Source: Phallusia mammillata (taxonomy: Eukaryota). From it: a stretch of 64,000 bases of DNA. The notes under the pieces were generated by a model. The model was not told where the DNA came from. It made no database searches and saw only the letters and a program-made list of their open reading frames with translations. Made by a program: the position numbers and the translations under genes. Numbering within the stretch: position 1 is the first letter of the stretch; each line of letters begins with the position of its first letter. Shown here piece by piece: positions 1-12,114 of this stretch. The stretch is from positions 28,334,001-28,398,000 of the forward strand of contig OZ281495.1 in the NCBI GenBank assembly GCA_965637545.1. Reading direction: 5' to 3'.

Positions 1-3000
1 AGTATTACAAGTGTATGTGACAACATTCTTGGATATTGGAGTGTAGGGTCCAGAACTTGGTGTAAAACTGGCCATGTTGATAATGCTGGAAGGATTTGGA
101 CAAACTTCAAACAACAAGTATAAAAGAATTTATTTCAGTTTGATATTTTTTTTTTGATTTACAATGTAAAAGTATGTATCAATTTCTACCATCCAAATAC
201 ACACCAATCTTTTGACATTGAGGGCTATTTGTCCATTCTCCACTGTCCTGGCAAGTTATTGTGGCAGATCCAACAATTTTAAACCCAGCGTTACAAGTGT
301 ATGTGACAACATTCTTGGATATTGGAGTGTAGGGTCCAGAACCTGGTGTAAAACTGGCCATGTTGCCAATGTTAGAAGGATTTGGACAAACTGAAATGAG
401 GAAGTTGATATTGTTGCTTGATACTGGGATTGATTTTTGAACCTGTAGAATATTTGTTTAAAGCTTTTTTACATACCAATTTGTTCACATTGTGGGCTAG
501 TTGACCATCTTCCAGTGTTTTGACATGTTATTGTAGCAGAACCAACAATTTTGTACCCAGTATTACAAGTGTATGTGACAACATTCTTGGATATTGGAGT
601 GTAGGGTCCAGAACTTGGTGAAAAACTTTCCATGTAGCTGATGCTGGAAGGATTTGGACAAACTTCAAACAACAAGTATAAAAGAATTTATTTCAGTTTG
701 ATATTTTAGTTTGCAATGTAAAAGTATGTATCTAATTCTATCATCCAAATACACACCAATCTTTTGACATTGAGGGCTATTTGTCCATTCTCCACTGTCC
801 TGGCAAGTTATTGTGGCAGATCCAACAATTTTATACCCAGCGTTACAAGTGTATGTAACAACATTCTTGGATATTGGAGTGTAGGGTCCAGAACCTGGTG
901 TAAAACTGGCCATGTTGCTAATGCTGGAAGGATTTGGACAAACTGGAATGTGGAAGTTGATATTGTTGCTTGATACTGGGATTGATTTTTGAACCTGTAG
1001 AATATTTGTTTAAAGCTTTTTTACATACCAATTTGTTCACATTGTGGGCTAGTTGACCATCTTCCAGTGTTTTGACAAGTTATTGTGGCAGATCCATCAA
1101 TTTTGTACCCAGCATCACAAGTGTATGTGACAACATTGTTGGTTATTGGAGTGTATGGTACAGAACTTGGTGTGAAACTTGCCATGTTGCTTATGCTGGA
1201 AGGATTTGGACAAACTAAAAAAATATAGCATTTTATGTGTTTGCTATTATTATTTACAAATATACCAGCAAAATTGCAATATGTTTCTTTATGTATGCAC
1301 CTATATGTTGGCATTGAGGGCTAGCTGTCCATCTCCCAGTGTTTTGACAAGTTATTGTAGCAGACCCATCAATTTTATACCCAGCATTACAAGTGTATGT
1401 GACAACATTGTTGGATATTGGAGTGTATGGTCCAGAACTTGGAGTAAAATTTGCCATGTTGCTAATGCTGGAAGGATTTGGACACACTGAAATGAAGAAA
1501 GTTATATTGTTGTTTGCTATTGCAATTTGTTTTTGAGCCTGTTTAATGTTAATGTAAAACTTTTTTGCACATACCAATCTGTTCACATTGTGGATTAGCT
1601 GTCCATCTTCCAGTGTTTTGACATGTTATTGTAGCAGAACCAACAATTTTGTACCCAGTATTACAAGTGTATGTGACAACATTCTTGGATATTGGAGTGT
1701 AGGGTCCAGAACTTGGTGAAAAACTTTCCATGTAGCTGATGCTGGAAGGATTTGGACAAACTTCAAACAACAAGTATAAAAGAATTTATTTCAGTTTAAT
1801 ATTTTAATTTGCAAAGTAAAAGTATGTATCAGGTTCTACCATTAAAATACACACCAATCTTTTGACATTGAGGGCTATTTGTCCATTCTCCACTGTCCTG
1901 GCAAGTTATTGTGGCAGATCCAACAATTTTATACCCAGCGTTACAAGTGTATGTGACTACATTCTTGGATATTGGAGTGTAGGGTCCAGAACCTGGTGTA
2001 ACACTGGCCATGTTGCCAATGTTAGAAGGATTTGGACAAACTGAAATGAGGAAGTTGATATTGTTGCTGGATACTGGGATTGATTTTTGAACCTGTAGAA
2101 TATTTGTTTAAAGCTTTTTTACATACCAATTTGTTCACATTGTGGGCTAGTTGACCATCTTCCAGTGTTTTGACAAGTTATTGTGGCAGATCCATCAATT
2201 TTGTACCCAGCATCACAAGTGTATGTGACAACATTGTTGGTTATTGGAGTGTATGGTCCAGAACTTGGTGTGAAACTTGCCATGTTGCTTATGCTGGAAG
2301 GATTTGGACAAACTAAAAAAATATAGCATTTTATGTGTTTACCATTATTATTTAGAAATATACCAGCAAAATTGTAATTTGTTTCTTTATGTATGCACCT
2401 ATCTGTTGGCATTGAGGGCTAGCTGTCCATCTCCCAGTGTTTTGACAAGTTATTGTAGCAGACCCATCAATTTTATACCCAGCATTACAAGTGTATGTGA
2501 CAACATTCTTGGATAGTGGAGTGTAGGGTCCAGAACTTGGTGCAAAACTTGCCATGTTGCTTATGCTGGAAGGATTTGGACATACTGAAATGAAGAAAGT
2601 GATGTTGTTGTTTGCTATTGCAATTTGTTTTTGAACCTGTTTAATGTTAATGTAAAACTTTTTGCACATACCAATCTGTTCACATTGTGGATTAGCTGTC
2701 CATCTTCCAGTGTTTTGACATGTTATTGTAGCAGATCCAACAATTTTGTACCCAGTATTACAAGTGTATGTGACAACATTCTTGGATATTGGAGTGTAGG
2801 GTCCAGAACTTGGTGAAAAACTTTCCATGTAGCTGATGCTGGAAGGATTTGGACAAACTTCAAACAACAAGTATAAAAGAATTTATTTCAGTTTGATATT
2901 TTAGTTTGCAATGTAAAAGTATGTATCTAATTCTATCATCCAAATACACACCAATCTTTTGACATTGAGGGCTATTTGTCCATTCTCCATTGTCCTGGCA

Positions 3001-4506
3001 AGTTATTGTGGCAGATCCAACAATTTTATACCCAGCGTTACAAGTGTATGTGACAACATTCTTGGATATTGGAGTGTAGGGTCCAGAACCTGGTGTAAAA
3101 CTGGCCATGTTGCCAATGTTAGAAGGATTTCGACAAACTGAAATGAGGAAGTTGATATTGTTGCTTGATACTGGGATTGATTTTTGAACCTGTAGAATAT
3201 TTGTTTAAAGCTTTTTTACATACCAATTTGTTCACATTGTGGGCTAGTTGACCATCTTCCAGTGTTTTGACAAGTTATTGTGGCAGATCCATCAATTTTG
3301 TACCCAGCATCACAAGTGTATGTGACAACATTGTTGGTTATTGGAGTGTATGGTCCAGAACTTGGTGTGAAACTTGCCATGTTGCTTATGCTGGAAGGAT
3401 TTGGACAAACTAAAAAAATATAGCATTTTATGTGTTTACCATTATTATTTAGAAATATACCAGCAAAATTGTAATTTGTTTCTTTATGTATGCACCTATC
3501 TGTTGGCATTGAGGGCTAGCTGTCCATCTCCCAGTGTTTTGACAAGTTATTGTAGCAGACCCATCAATTTTATACCCAGCATTACAAGTGTATGTGACAA
3601 CATTCTTGGATAGTGGAGTGTAGGGTCCAGAACTTGGTGCAAAACTTGCCATGTTGCTAATGCTGGAGGGATTTGGACATACTGAAATGAAGAAAGTGAT
3701 GTTGTTGTTTGCTATTGCAATTTGTTTTTGAACCTGTTTAATGTTAATGTAAAACTTTTTGCACATACCAATCTGTTCACATTGTGGATTAGCTGTCCAT
3801 CTTCCAGTGTTTTGACATGTTATTGTAGCAGAACCAACAATTTTGTACCCAGTATTACAAGTGTATGTGACAACATTCTTGGATATTGGAGTGTAGGGTC
3901 CAGAACTTGGTGAAAAACTTTCCATGTAGCTGATGCTGGAAGGATTTGGACAAACTTCAAACAACAAGTATAAAAGAATTTATTTCAGTTTGATATTTTA
4001 GTTTTCAATGTAAAAGTATGTATCTAATTCTATCATCCAAATACACACCAATCTTTTGACATTGAGGGCTATTTGTCCATTCTCCACTGTCCTGGCAAGT
4101 TATTGTGGCAGATCCAACAATTTTATACCCAGTATTACAAGTGTATGTGACAACATTCTTGGATATTGGAGTGTAGGGTCCAGAACTTGGTGTAAAACTG
4201 GCCATGTTGCTAATGCTAGAAGGATTTCGACAAACTGAAATGAGGAAGGTGATATTGTTGCTTGATGCTGGGATTGATTTTTAAACCTGTGGAATATTTG
4301 TTTAAAGCTTTTTTACATGCCAATTTGTTCACATTTTGGGCTAGTTGACCATCTTCCAGTGTTTTGACAATGTATTGTGGCAGATCCATCAATTTTATAG
4401 CCAGCATTGCAAGTGTATGCGACAGAATTTTTGGATATTGGAGTGTATGGTCCAGAACTTGGTGTGAAACTTGCCATGTTGCTTATGCGGGAAGGGTTTG
4501 GACAGA
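1..4506 (-). repeat. Tandem exon+intron array: ~272-280 bp monomers organised as a ~1097-bp four-exon higher-order repeat
   Basis: Homologous exon ends at 4049, 2952, 1855 and 757 (spacing 1097/1097/1098), then 205 (552). Introns of 86-100 bp are near-identical between periods. Confidence 0.95.
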
Positions 4507-7251
4507 CTGTGCAGAAAAATTTGTTGCTCGCCTAATTCATGGTATGAAACCAACTGTACAACATGACATGGCTAAAGTCCACATCCGAAGCGTTAAAACA
4601 TATTTTGCTAGGCAAGTTTTGGCACTATGGATTTGCAGAACTGTGTCAAAAAATTCGGTGTTTCCCAAAGTTGTGGGGCTGAAGCTGTTGTGGCTGCATG
4701 CGTTATTTTTGAAACTTACCAATTTGATCACATGTTGGAGCTGATGTCCACGTTCCACTTGCCTGGCAAGTAATTGTGCTTGATCCCTCTAATTTGTATC
4801 CAGTGGCACAAGTGTACCTGACCGTTGATCCGATAGCGTATGATCCAGAAACTGGTGTGTAGCCAGCCATGTTTGACACGCTTGTGGGCGTTCCACAGGT
4901 TGTGACTACCACTATCGTATAAAAAATGTATAGCCAGGTAAACGAAACGGGAAAAATGTTGTAGAGTCGTTTTTCGTAGTTGGGGTCGTACTTGATATTT
5001 CACACCTAATGCCAAAAGTTTATGTCAAATTTATAAATTAGGCCTTTTCAGTTAATGTAATAAACGGCAGTTGACGTTCCGTTTACCCGTTTGCTATTTT
5101 CACTTTTGGTTTAGTTGTCCTTTTTTCCTGGTGTTAGACCTGGCGTTCGTTTTCAGGGGTGTGCAGACCGCAGCCCGAGGACCAAAATTGTTCCGCTGGA
5201 AGGAAGTGGTGTGGCCCGCAAAGACGATTTTAAATAAAGTTTAGTTCGATAAACTGTTTTAACGTAGTGTTAACGAGCGATCCTTTTTTGTTTCAGATTC
5301 GATGAATGCGTCGGTGCCATTTTTGTACATTGAGTTGAGTTTGTTTCACAGGGTGAAAGAACAAATAGCGAATTAATTTTAATAAAGCTTTAAATACCGG
5401 CGCGCAATGTTGACATAGTGAATGACACAATTGGTGGATCACTAACAAACTCCCTACAGCTTTACTGTTTTGCTTTATGTGGCGGTAGGTCACCAGAATA
5501 TGATTAAAACATGACTGGTGTCTGGAAAATCATGCCGAAGTACGCACTGTACGGTGGTACACCACTCCACCGGAACCGCACCATCGTGCTGGTAATTAAT
5601 AAATGTGGACTAAACACTAAACGTTATTTTCGATCGTTTCCACTTGTGAACCATATTGCATCTTTGAAATTCACTGAAACTTGGGTGCCAATTTACAAAA
5701 TTCGAAATGCGGCTTTGCTTGCCATTGTTGATGACATCAGTACTTTATTTTGTGTTTTGTAGTGTGGCGAATTTTTAGCACTCCCACCTTCTTAAAAACT
5801 AGACATTAAACTAGAATTAGATTTAAGCCAACAAACTTTCTTTGAAGATTTTCATGTTTTACACCGTTACAAACGGAGCTGATGTGGCCGTAATGTCAAG
5901 TAGGTCTCAGCAGCATGAACTCGAAAATACGGTAGTCCGTTATTTTGACCCAAAAGTTTCGTAAAGCTCGAACATTTTTACGTCGGCAGACAGTTGCATT
6001 GTATTTGCCCTTCGCGATTTACGCAGCTACATCAGTTTTCGCATTCCTGTATTTTCATGGAAAATATTGTTTTTCATAATCTGATGATGCTAAGTGAGTG
6101 AACTTTTACGCATTATCCTCTTTCATCTGACATACAAACTGAATTCCCTTTTTATACCAGATTATATTACGCCGCAACAGCCAAGAGGTAGTGCTTATCA
6201 TATAGGGACTGTTCGTCACAGTGCCAAATTTAACTGAAAAACATGTTTCAGTGAAGTAGTTGGTTTTTTTAATTCCGTGGTTTTGTGCGCTTTGAATAAG
6301 AAACGCATTTTCGGATCAAATGCCTAAAAATGATGGTGGATAAACTAGCATTTTTAAGAAAACTATAAATTAGATTAGAATTAGAGCTTACTCGATAATT
6401 CTAAATTAGATTAGAACTATTGAATTACCGCCATTTTGCTCTAATTTGCCCAACTAGACAACTAGAATTATCTAGTTGTCCAAGTCTGTATTAATGTACA
6501 ACACATAGACTTTGGAATCTTGATATTCTATACGCAGCTTTATTACTACGAACCATCTGCTTTTGAACATGGTTATGGTGTATAACGCTTACCTCTCTGG
6601 CATGAAGGTGCACGTGTCCAGGTTCCTGATGCCGTGCACGTAATTGTCGCAGATCCCGATATTTTGTAACCAGCAGCACAGTAGTAAGTCACAGCACTTC
6701 CCGAATCATACGGACCAGACGACGGGACAACTCTTGCCACGTTTGCAACATGCGGAGGATTGTCGCATCCTGCGAAAAAAGGTTGTTATTTTTCGACGCA
6801 CAAATCTTTTTTTTAAATCGTGTTTTTTTCCAGGGTTTTGATCGACAATTTAATATTATGTGGTCGTGGACAAAATGTTGGCTGTGTAATTAGGTATATA
6901 TGTGTCGCTAAGAACCCCCAACATCCGAGACTACACGCAATATACAAGTTTCTACTGCAAAAAATATAAAGTATACAACTGTTCGTACCTTCAGTCGGCC
7001 TACAATCGCCAGCTCTAATGCCCACTGGACAGATAGGCCCTTCACCCAATGCTGAAAAAAATATGTAAAAAAAATCATGAACATAAAATAAGAGGGTAAA
7101 TAATCAAACAGTTAAACATCATGCAGACGATCGTGATTTTTAGTTGCATTTAATACAACCATTTAATTGATTTGTTAAGGACATTACACTTACCACCCTC
7201 TAAGTTTCCCAACAAAACCAAAAACATAATCGTACCCAACACTACTTCCAT
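1..7251 (-). CDS. Secreted or membrane multi-Sushi (CCP/SCR) domain protein, 3' part beyond the left edge; at least 19 CCP domains
   Basis: Exons in transcript order: 7251-7194 (MEVVLGTIMFLVLLGNLEG, signal-peptide-like, gtaagt donor); 7051-6989 (ALGEGPICPVGIRAGDCRPTE); 6769-6593 (CCP, GCDNPPH...YYCAAGYKISGSATITCTASGTWTRAPSCQR); 4911-4720 (CCP); sixteen 186-bp CCP exons at 4506-4321, 4234-4049, 3954-3769, 3681-3496, 3409-3224, 3137-2952, 2857-2672, 2584-2399, 2312-2127, 2040-1855, 1760-1575, 1486-1301, 1214-1029, 942-757, 662-477, 390-205; and a partial exon 104-1. All are phase 1-1 and frame-continuous, with the CCP consensus C-x-x-P...Y-x-C-x-x-GY...G...C...G-x-W...P-x-C. Confidence 0.92.
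5154..5220. mobile_element. Truncated hAT-type MITE end
   Basis: Begins CAGGGGTGTGCAGAC, resembling other CAG-terminal MITE ends in the window; no matching right TIR found. Confidence 0.3.
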
Positions 7252-7835
7252 CGCAGACGGCTGCACATACGTCACTAATGAAAACTGCGCAATGCTTAGA
7301 AATATAAAATGTAGAAAACCCACGAATTGTGGAAACCTGTGTCCGTTTGCATGTAGTTTCCTGTATGTCTAACAGCATAGCAAGCAGTGTTTAATGTACC
7401 AAAAAATGTTGGATGTCGGTATAGCTCACTTTAAGTCACTTCCTAAATTATTAACAGCAGGATAGTGTGGTGTGTTTAAACAAGAAACCCACATTTGAGG
7501 AAATCTGTAACCCACCGCTTAACGCTTCCTACATTTTTTGGTTAGGTTGATCCAACAGGTTCTATGTTTGGTTATCTATAGCTAAGAGCGCTTATGGACG
7601 GTGACACAATTAACACTTGGCTCAAAGAGGTTTTATTGATCCAACATTTTTGTTTTACAAATAAGTTAGAAAAAGACAATTCGTGTTTGTTACACTTGTT
7701 TGTTTTGCTTTTTTACAAAGCAATTTGAGCAATGCAACAACACATCTTCATCAAAAACGCAGTTCGGGCAAAATATTGACACAACTCATGCGCTTGGGCT
7801 GCTGGTTTTGTGATAGGACTTAAAATCCTATAGAC

Positions 7836-8019
7836 CAGTAGTTCTCAAACTGTGCGTCAAGGGCGTCGCAGAACAATTCCGTTTCGTGGCTGTTTGTTGT
7901 TGCATCAATAAACACAACTTTAATAATAAGTTTCCTCATTAACTTTTGTTTGCGAGTGTCGCAAGTCCAGAAAATTTTTCCAGAGGCGTCGCAACAAAAA
8001 AAAAGTTTGAGAACCACTG
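7836..8019. mobile_element. hAT (Buster/Charlie-like) MITE, 184 bp
   Basis: TIRs CAGTAGTTCTCAAAC / GTTTGAGAACCACTG; perfect 8-bp TSD CTATAGAC (7828-7835, 8020-8027). Confidence 0.92.
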
Positions 8020-8265
8020 CTATAGACGATAACGGAAAACCCGGTTAATTGTGCGGCGCAAATGGACACACATTGGAGTTGGACGTGTCTACTAAAACTA
8101 ATCTCAACAGAGTTGGCTTAAAATTATTTGCAAATTAACGCTAAAGATTAGAAACCGGTAGGGCGCTGGGTGAACCTCTATATTCAACGACACCAAATCA
8201 AATAGCTATACCCTCTTCTCCGTCGTGATCCAAGGTCTGACAAGCACTCCTACATCTAAAATATA

Positions 8266-8525
8266 CAGGATTGTGCATTATTATCACCGCTTGGCGCACC
8301 GTTATAACAATTGGCGCACCTTCATATTGTTTGGTGCACCCTTATATCGGTTGGTGCACTATTATGTCACTTGGCGCATATGTATATCGCTAGGTTAAGG
8401 TGCACCTACTTTGGACAGGTGTACCAAGCAAAATAAAGTTCCACCAATCGAAAGGAAGGTGCAACAGGCGATATAAAGATGCACTGAGTTATATAAACGT
8501 GCACTAAGTGATTTGAGCGATCCTG
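8266..8525. mobile_element. TA-flanked palindromic MITE (Tc1/mariner-like) with internal ~20-bp TTGGTGCACC repeats, copy 1
   Basis: TA|CAGGAT...ATCCTG|TA ends; about five direct 20-bp units followed by about five inverted units. Confidence 0.7.
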
Positions 8526-9865
8526 TACAATTTATATGCACCGCTGCTAAAGCGTATTTATAAAGTCTCTGGGTTTCTTTAGAGTTTCTGATACAGCTGC
8601 AAAAATATGGAAGTTTTATGACCTCAGAAATAGTGATGTGCGTAGTGATGCTTTTTAAAACCCATAGACTTATTGTTTGCCAAAAATGTCCCTAAATTTG
8701 AAACATTTAATCTTACTTACAGACATATGTGTATACTCGTCAACCTACGCTAAACGCTTTCAGCATCAGACAGGAACAGGTCTGGAACAGTCTGTTCCTG
8801 AAAATGCGGCACGTGCTCAAGTTAGTCACAACAAATTCAACTTAATGCAAAACGATGGTTAGATTTCTTATAGATTGTGTCCAATTAATAAATCTCTCCT
8901 GTGTGGTTTTAGCGCTTGAAAGTAGGTTTCATTTTTTTTCAGACGTCGACTAAAATGTTAATGATTCAACATGATATGATAACGAATACAGCTGATGCAT
9001 AATTTACTAGGGAATCAACAAAGGGTTTAAACGTTAGCCGACTATAAACTGCAAATAAGAACACTGACGGCCACTGGTCCAAAGAACCAGTGTTGTGGCT
9101 TTACGCCCAGATGCATCAAGTCCTGTAAGTAACAACTGGTGGAAAATGCACAATTGTGGAATTCCGCGTCCGTTTAGATGTAGTTTCGTGTTTATCTGAC
9201 AGCATAACAAGCAGTATTTAAAAGACCCACACATCTTGGATGTCAGTATAGCCTACTTTATGTCACTTCCTAAATTAATAACAGCAGGATAGTGTGCGGT
9301 GTTTAAACAAGAAACCTACAATTGTGGAAATCTGCAACCTATTACAAAACCAGCAGCCTGTGCTCATGGGTTGTGTCAATATTTTACATGAAGTGCGTTG
9401 TTGATGAACATGTGCTGTTGCATTGCTCAAATTGCTTTGTAAAAAAGCAAAGCACAAAAAGTGCAACAAACGCGAATTGTCTTGCAATATTTGTTAAAAA
9501 AAGTAAGACAAAAATGTTGGATCTAGAAAACCTCTTTGAACAAAGTGTTGATTGAGTCATTGTCCATGAGCGCTCTTAGTTATACATAAGCAAACGTCGA
9601 ACCTGTCGGATCAATCTAACCATAAAATGCAGGAAGCGACATGTGATGGGTTGCAGATTTCCACAATAGTGGGTTTCTTGTTTAAACACCGTATACTATC
9701 CTGCTGTTATTAATTTAGGAAGTGACATAAAGTAGGCTATACTGACATCCAAGATGTGTGGGTCTTTTAAATACTGCTTGTTATGCTGTCAGATATACAC
9801 GAAACTGCATCTAAACGGACGCGGATTTCAACAATTGTGCATTTTCCACCAGTTGTAACTTACAG

Positions 9866-10354
9866 CAGTGCTCTTCAACCGGTGTGCACGGTGCACCCTA
9901 GGGTGCACCAAAATATGCATGGGGTGCACCAGTACGGAAAGGTATTCAAGGGTGCATCACAAACTTTTCATAAACCATTAATATTTGACTTTCACGATGT
10001 TAGAAAAAAGATGTAGGTTTTAACTAATGTATAAGCCAGGTAAACTTTTTTAATGTTTTATCTCTGTGTCAAGTTTAAAAGTGTCTGTGTTACATTTGGG
10101 TTATATTAGATTAGGACATCGAATTTTGGCTTTTTCGCCGATGTTTCATAGAAAATTCGCGAACATATGCTTGAAGTATTGGTAGCAAATCAAGCAAGTT
10201 TTGAAAGCTCCGCTCAGTTTAATTAAAGTGATGATACGCATAAAGATTTTTCATGTCGCTTTTTACCTCAGTTTACCTTTTAAGTAAACATGGTGCATGA
10301 GTTCGTCACAACAACTTTAGGGGTTCACCAAACCAAAAAGGTTGAAGAGCACTG
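9866..10354. mobile_element. hAT MITE, 489 bp
   Basis: Perfect 15-bp TIR CAGTGCTCTTCAACC / GGTTGAAGAGCACTG; perfect 8-bp TSD ACTTACAG (9858-9865, 10355-10362). It interrupts the right arm of the inverted repeat, and the left arm has the empty site. Confidence 0.95.
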
Positions 10355-10542
10355 ACTTACAGGACTTGATGCAACCGGGCGTGAAGCCACAACTCGCGCA
10401 TAAAACCCTTTGTCGATTGCCTAGGAAATTATGCATCAGCTTAACTTTGTACATCATAATAAATCATTAACATTTTTGTCCACAGCTAAAAAAATCGCTG
10501 AACAACACAGGCGTGATTTACTAACGGTACATATAAAATATA

Positions 10543-10772
10543 CAGGATGGCTTAAATCACATGGAATGCGTGCATCTTTATATCACTTGGTGCAACTTTA
10601 TATTGCTTGGTGCACCTGTCCAACGTAGGTGCACCTTTACCTAGCGATATGAAGATGTGCCAAGTGACGCAAAGGTGGACCAAGTGATAGAAGGGTTCAC
10701 CAACAATATCAAGGTGCACCAAGTGTTAAAACAGTGCGCCAAGCGGTGATAATAATGCACTAAGCGATCCTG
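10543..10772. mobile_element. TA-flanked palindromic MITE, copy 2 (inverted relative to copy 1)
   Basis: TA|CAGGATGGCTTAAATCAC...TAAGCGATCCTG|TA; same GGTGCACCAAG internal units. Confidence 0.7.
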
Positions 10773-11004
10773 TATATTTTGGAAGCAGCTCTTTAACAGT
10801 ACGCTTCTCAGACCCAACGTCGCCGCTATTTGATTTGGTGTCGTCGATTTTTTTATAGAGGTTTACCCAGGCTATCGGTCTCGAGTCTGTAGCGTTCATT
10901 CGTGAAATAATTAAGCCAACTTTGTTGAGATTGGTTTCAGTAAACACCTGCAACTCGAATGTGTGTCCATTTACGGCGCACTACTGTGTTTTTATAGTCT
11001 AAAA

Positions 11005-11418
11005 CAGGAGTGGGCAAACTACGGCCCGCCAAATGTTAGTAAATTTGAAAGAGTTACAGATTTCAATTTTTTTTTTAATTTTTTTATCTTTTTGTGATTG
11101 TTTGTCTGAAAATTGATTCGTTGCGTCATAAGTACATGTCATGAGTGACGACTGCTGCTTTTTAGTGTGGCTGTTAGCAGTTATCTTCGTAAGCGTGGTT
11201 GTTAGCTATTTATCTTCGTAAAACGAAGTTTTGCCGCATCTACAAAATAAACAGTTCATTTGCCGAAAAATACGACTTTTTGTAACAGAACCGGCTGTAA
11301 AATATGTTTTTGTGATAGAACGGCTTGCAAAAAACTTGAATCCCACCACTGCATGCGGCCCGATGAAATTGAAAACATTTGAATGCGGTCCTTGTACTGA
11401 AAAGCTTGCCCACCACTG
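11005..11418. mobile_element. hAT MITE, 414 bp
   Basis: Imperfect TIR CAGGAGTGGGCAA / TTGCCCACCACTG; degenerate TSD GTCTAAAA / GTCTAGCG (5 of 8). Confidence 0.75.
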
Positions 11419-11882
11419 GTCTAGCGTTTAAGCCCTATCCCAAAACCAGCGGCCTGGATGCTTGAAATCGTATTGTACTAATTGTTTAAAGAAGTAAGAC
11501 AAAGTTATTGGATAAAAAACACTCCAAACACATTTTTGATCGAGTTATTGTCCATATTAATATAACGCGTTTAGCTATAGAAAAGCAAACGTAGAATCTG
11601 ACTAAAAATGCAGGAAGCGACATGTAGTGGGACTTACTGCTAGACGATAACGGAAAACGCGGTTGTGTGGCGCAAATGGACACACATTGGAGTTGGACGT
11701 TTCCACAAATACCAATCTCAACAAAGTCGGCTTAAAGTTATTTGCAAATTAACGCTAAAGACTCGATACCGGTAGGTATGGTAAACCACTATAATCGACG
11801 AGACCAAATCAAATAGCGACCCCTTTCTACGTCGCGACGCAGGGTCTGAGAAGCACTGCTAAAGGGGTGCATCTAAAATATT

Positions 11883-12114
11883 CAGGATTGTGCATTATTA
11901 TCACCGTTTGACACACCGTTTTATCGCTTGGTGCACCTTCATATCGCTTGGTGCACCTTTATATCACTTGGCGCATCTTTTCATCGCTAGGTCAGGGTTT
12001 GCCTAGCATTATGCAGTTGCTTCAAGCAAAATAAAGTTGCACCGAGCCATATGATGGTGTACCAAGCGATATTAAGATGCACCAATTGATATAAAGGTGT
12101 ACCAAGCGATCCTG
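11883..12114. mobile_element. TA-type palindromic MITE, copy 3
   Basis: CAGGATTG...GCGATCCTG with TTGGTGCACC units; lies within the direct copy of 8021-8826. Confidence 0.65.

Noticed and set aside
1-4506. Regular ~275-bp periodicity suggesting a CRISPR array or satellite
   Set aside because: The units are GT-AG bounded coding exons with short introns; there are no unique spacers or cas genes, and the DNA is eukaryotic.
212-4744. Plus-strand ORFs in the Sushi array (MTLRAICPF..., MPCCLCW...)
   Set aside because: Antisense shadows of the CCP exons, repeating with the array.
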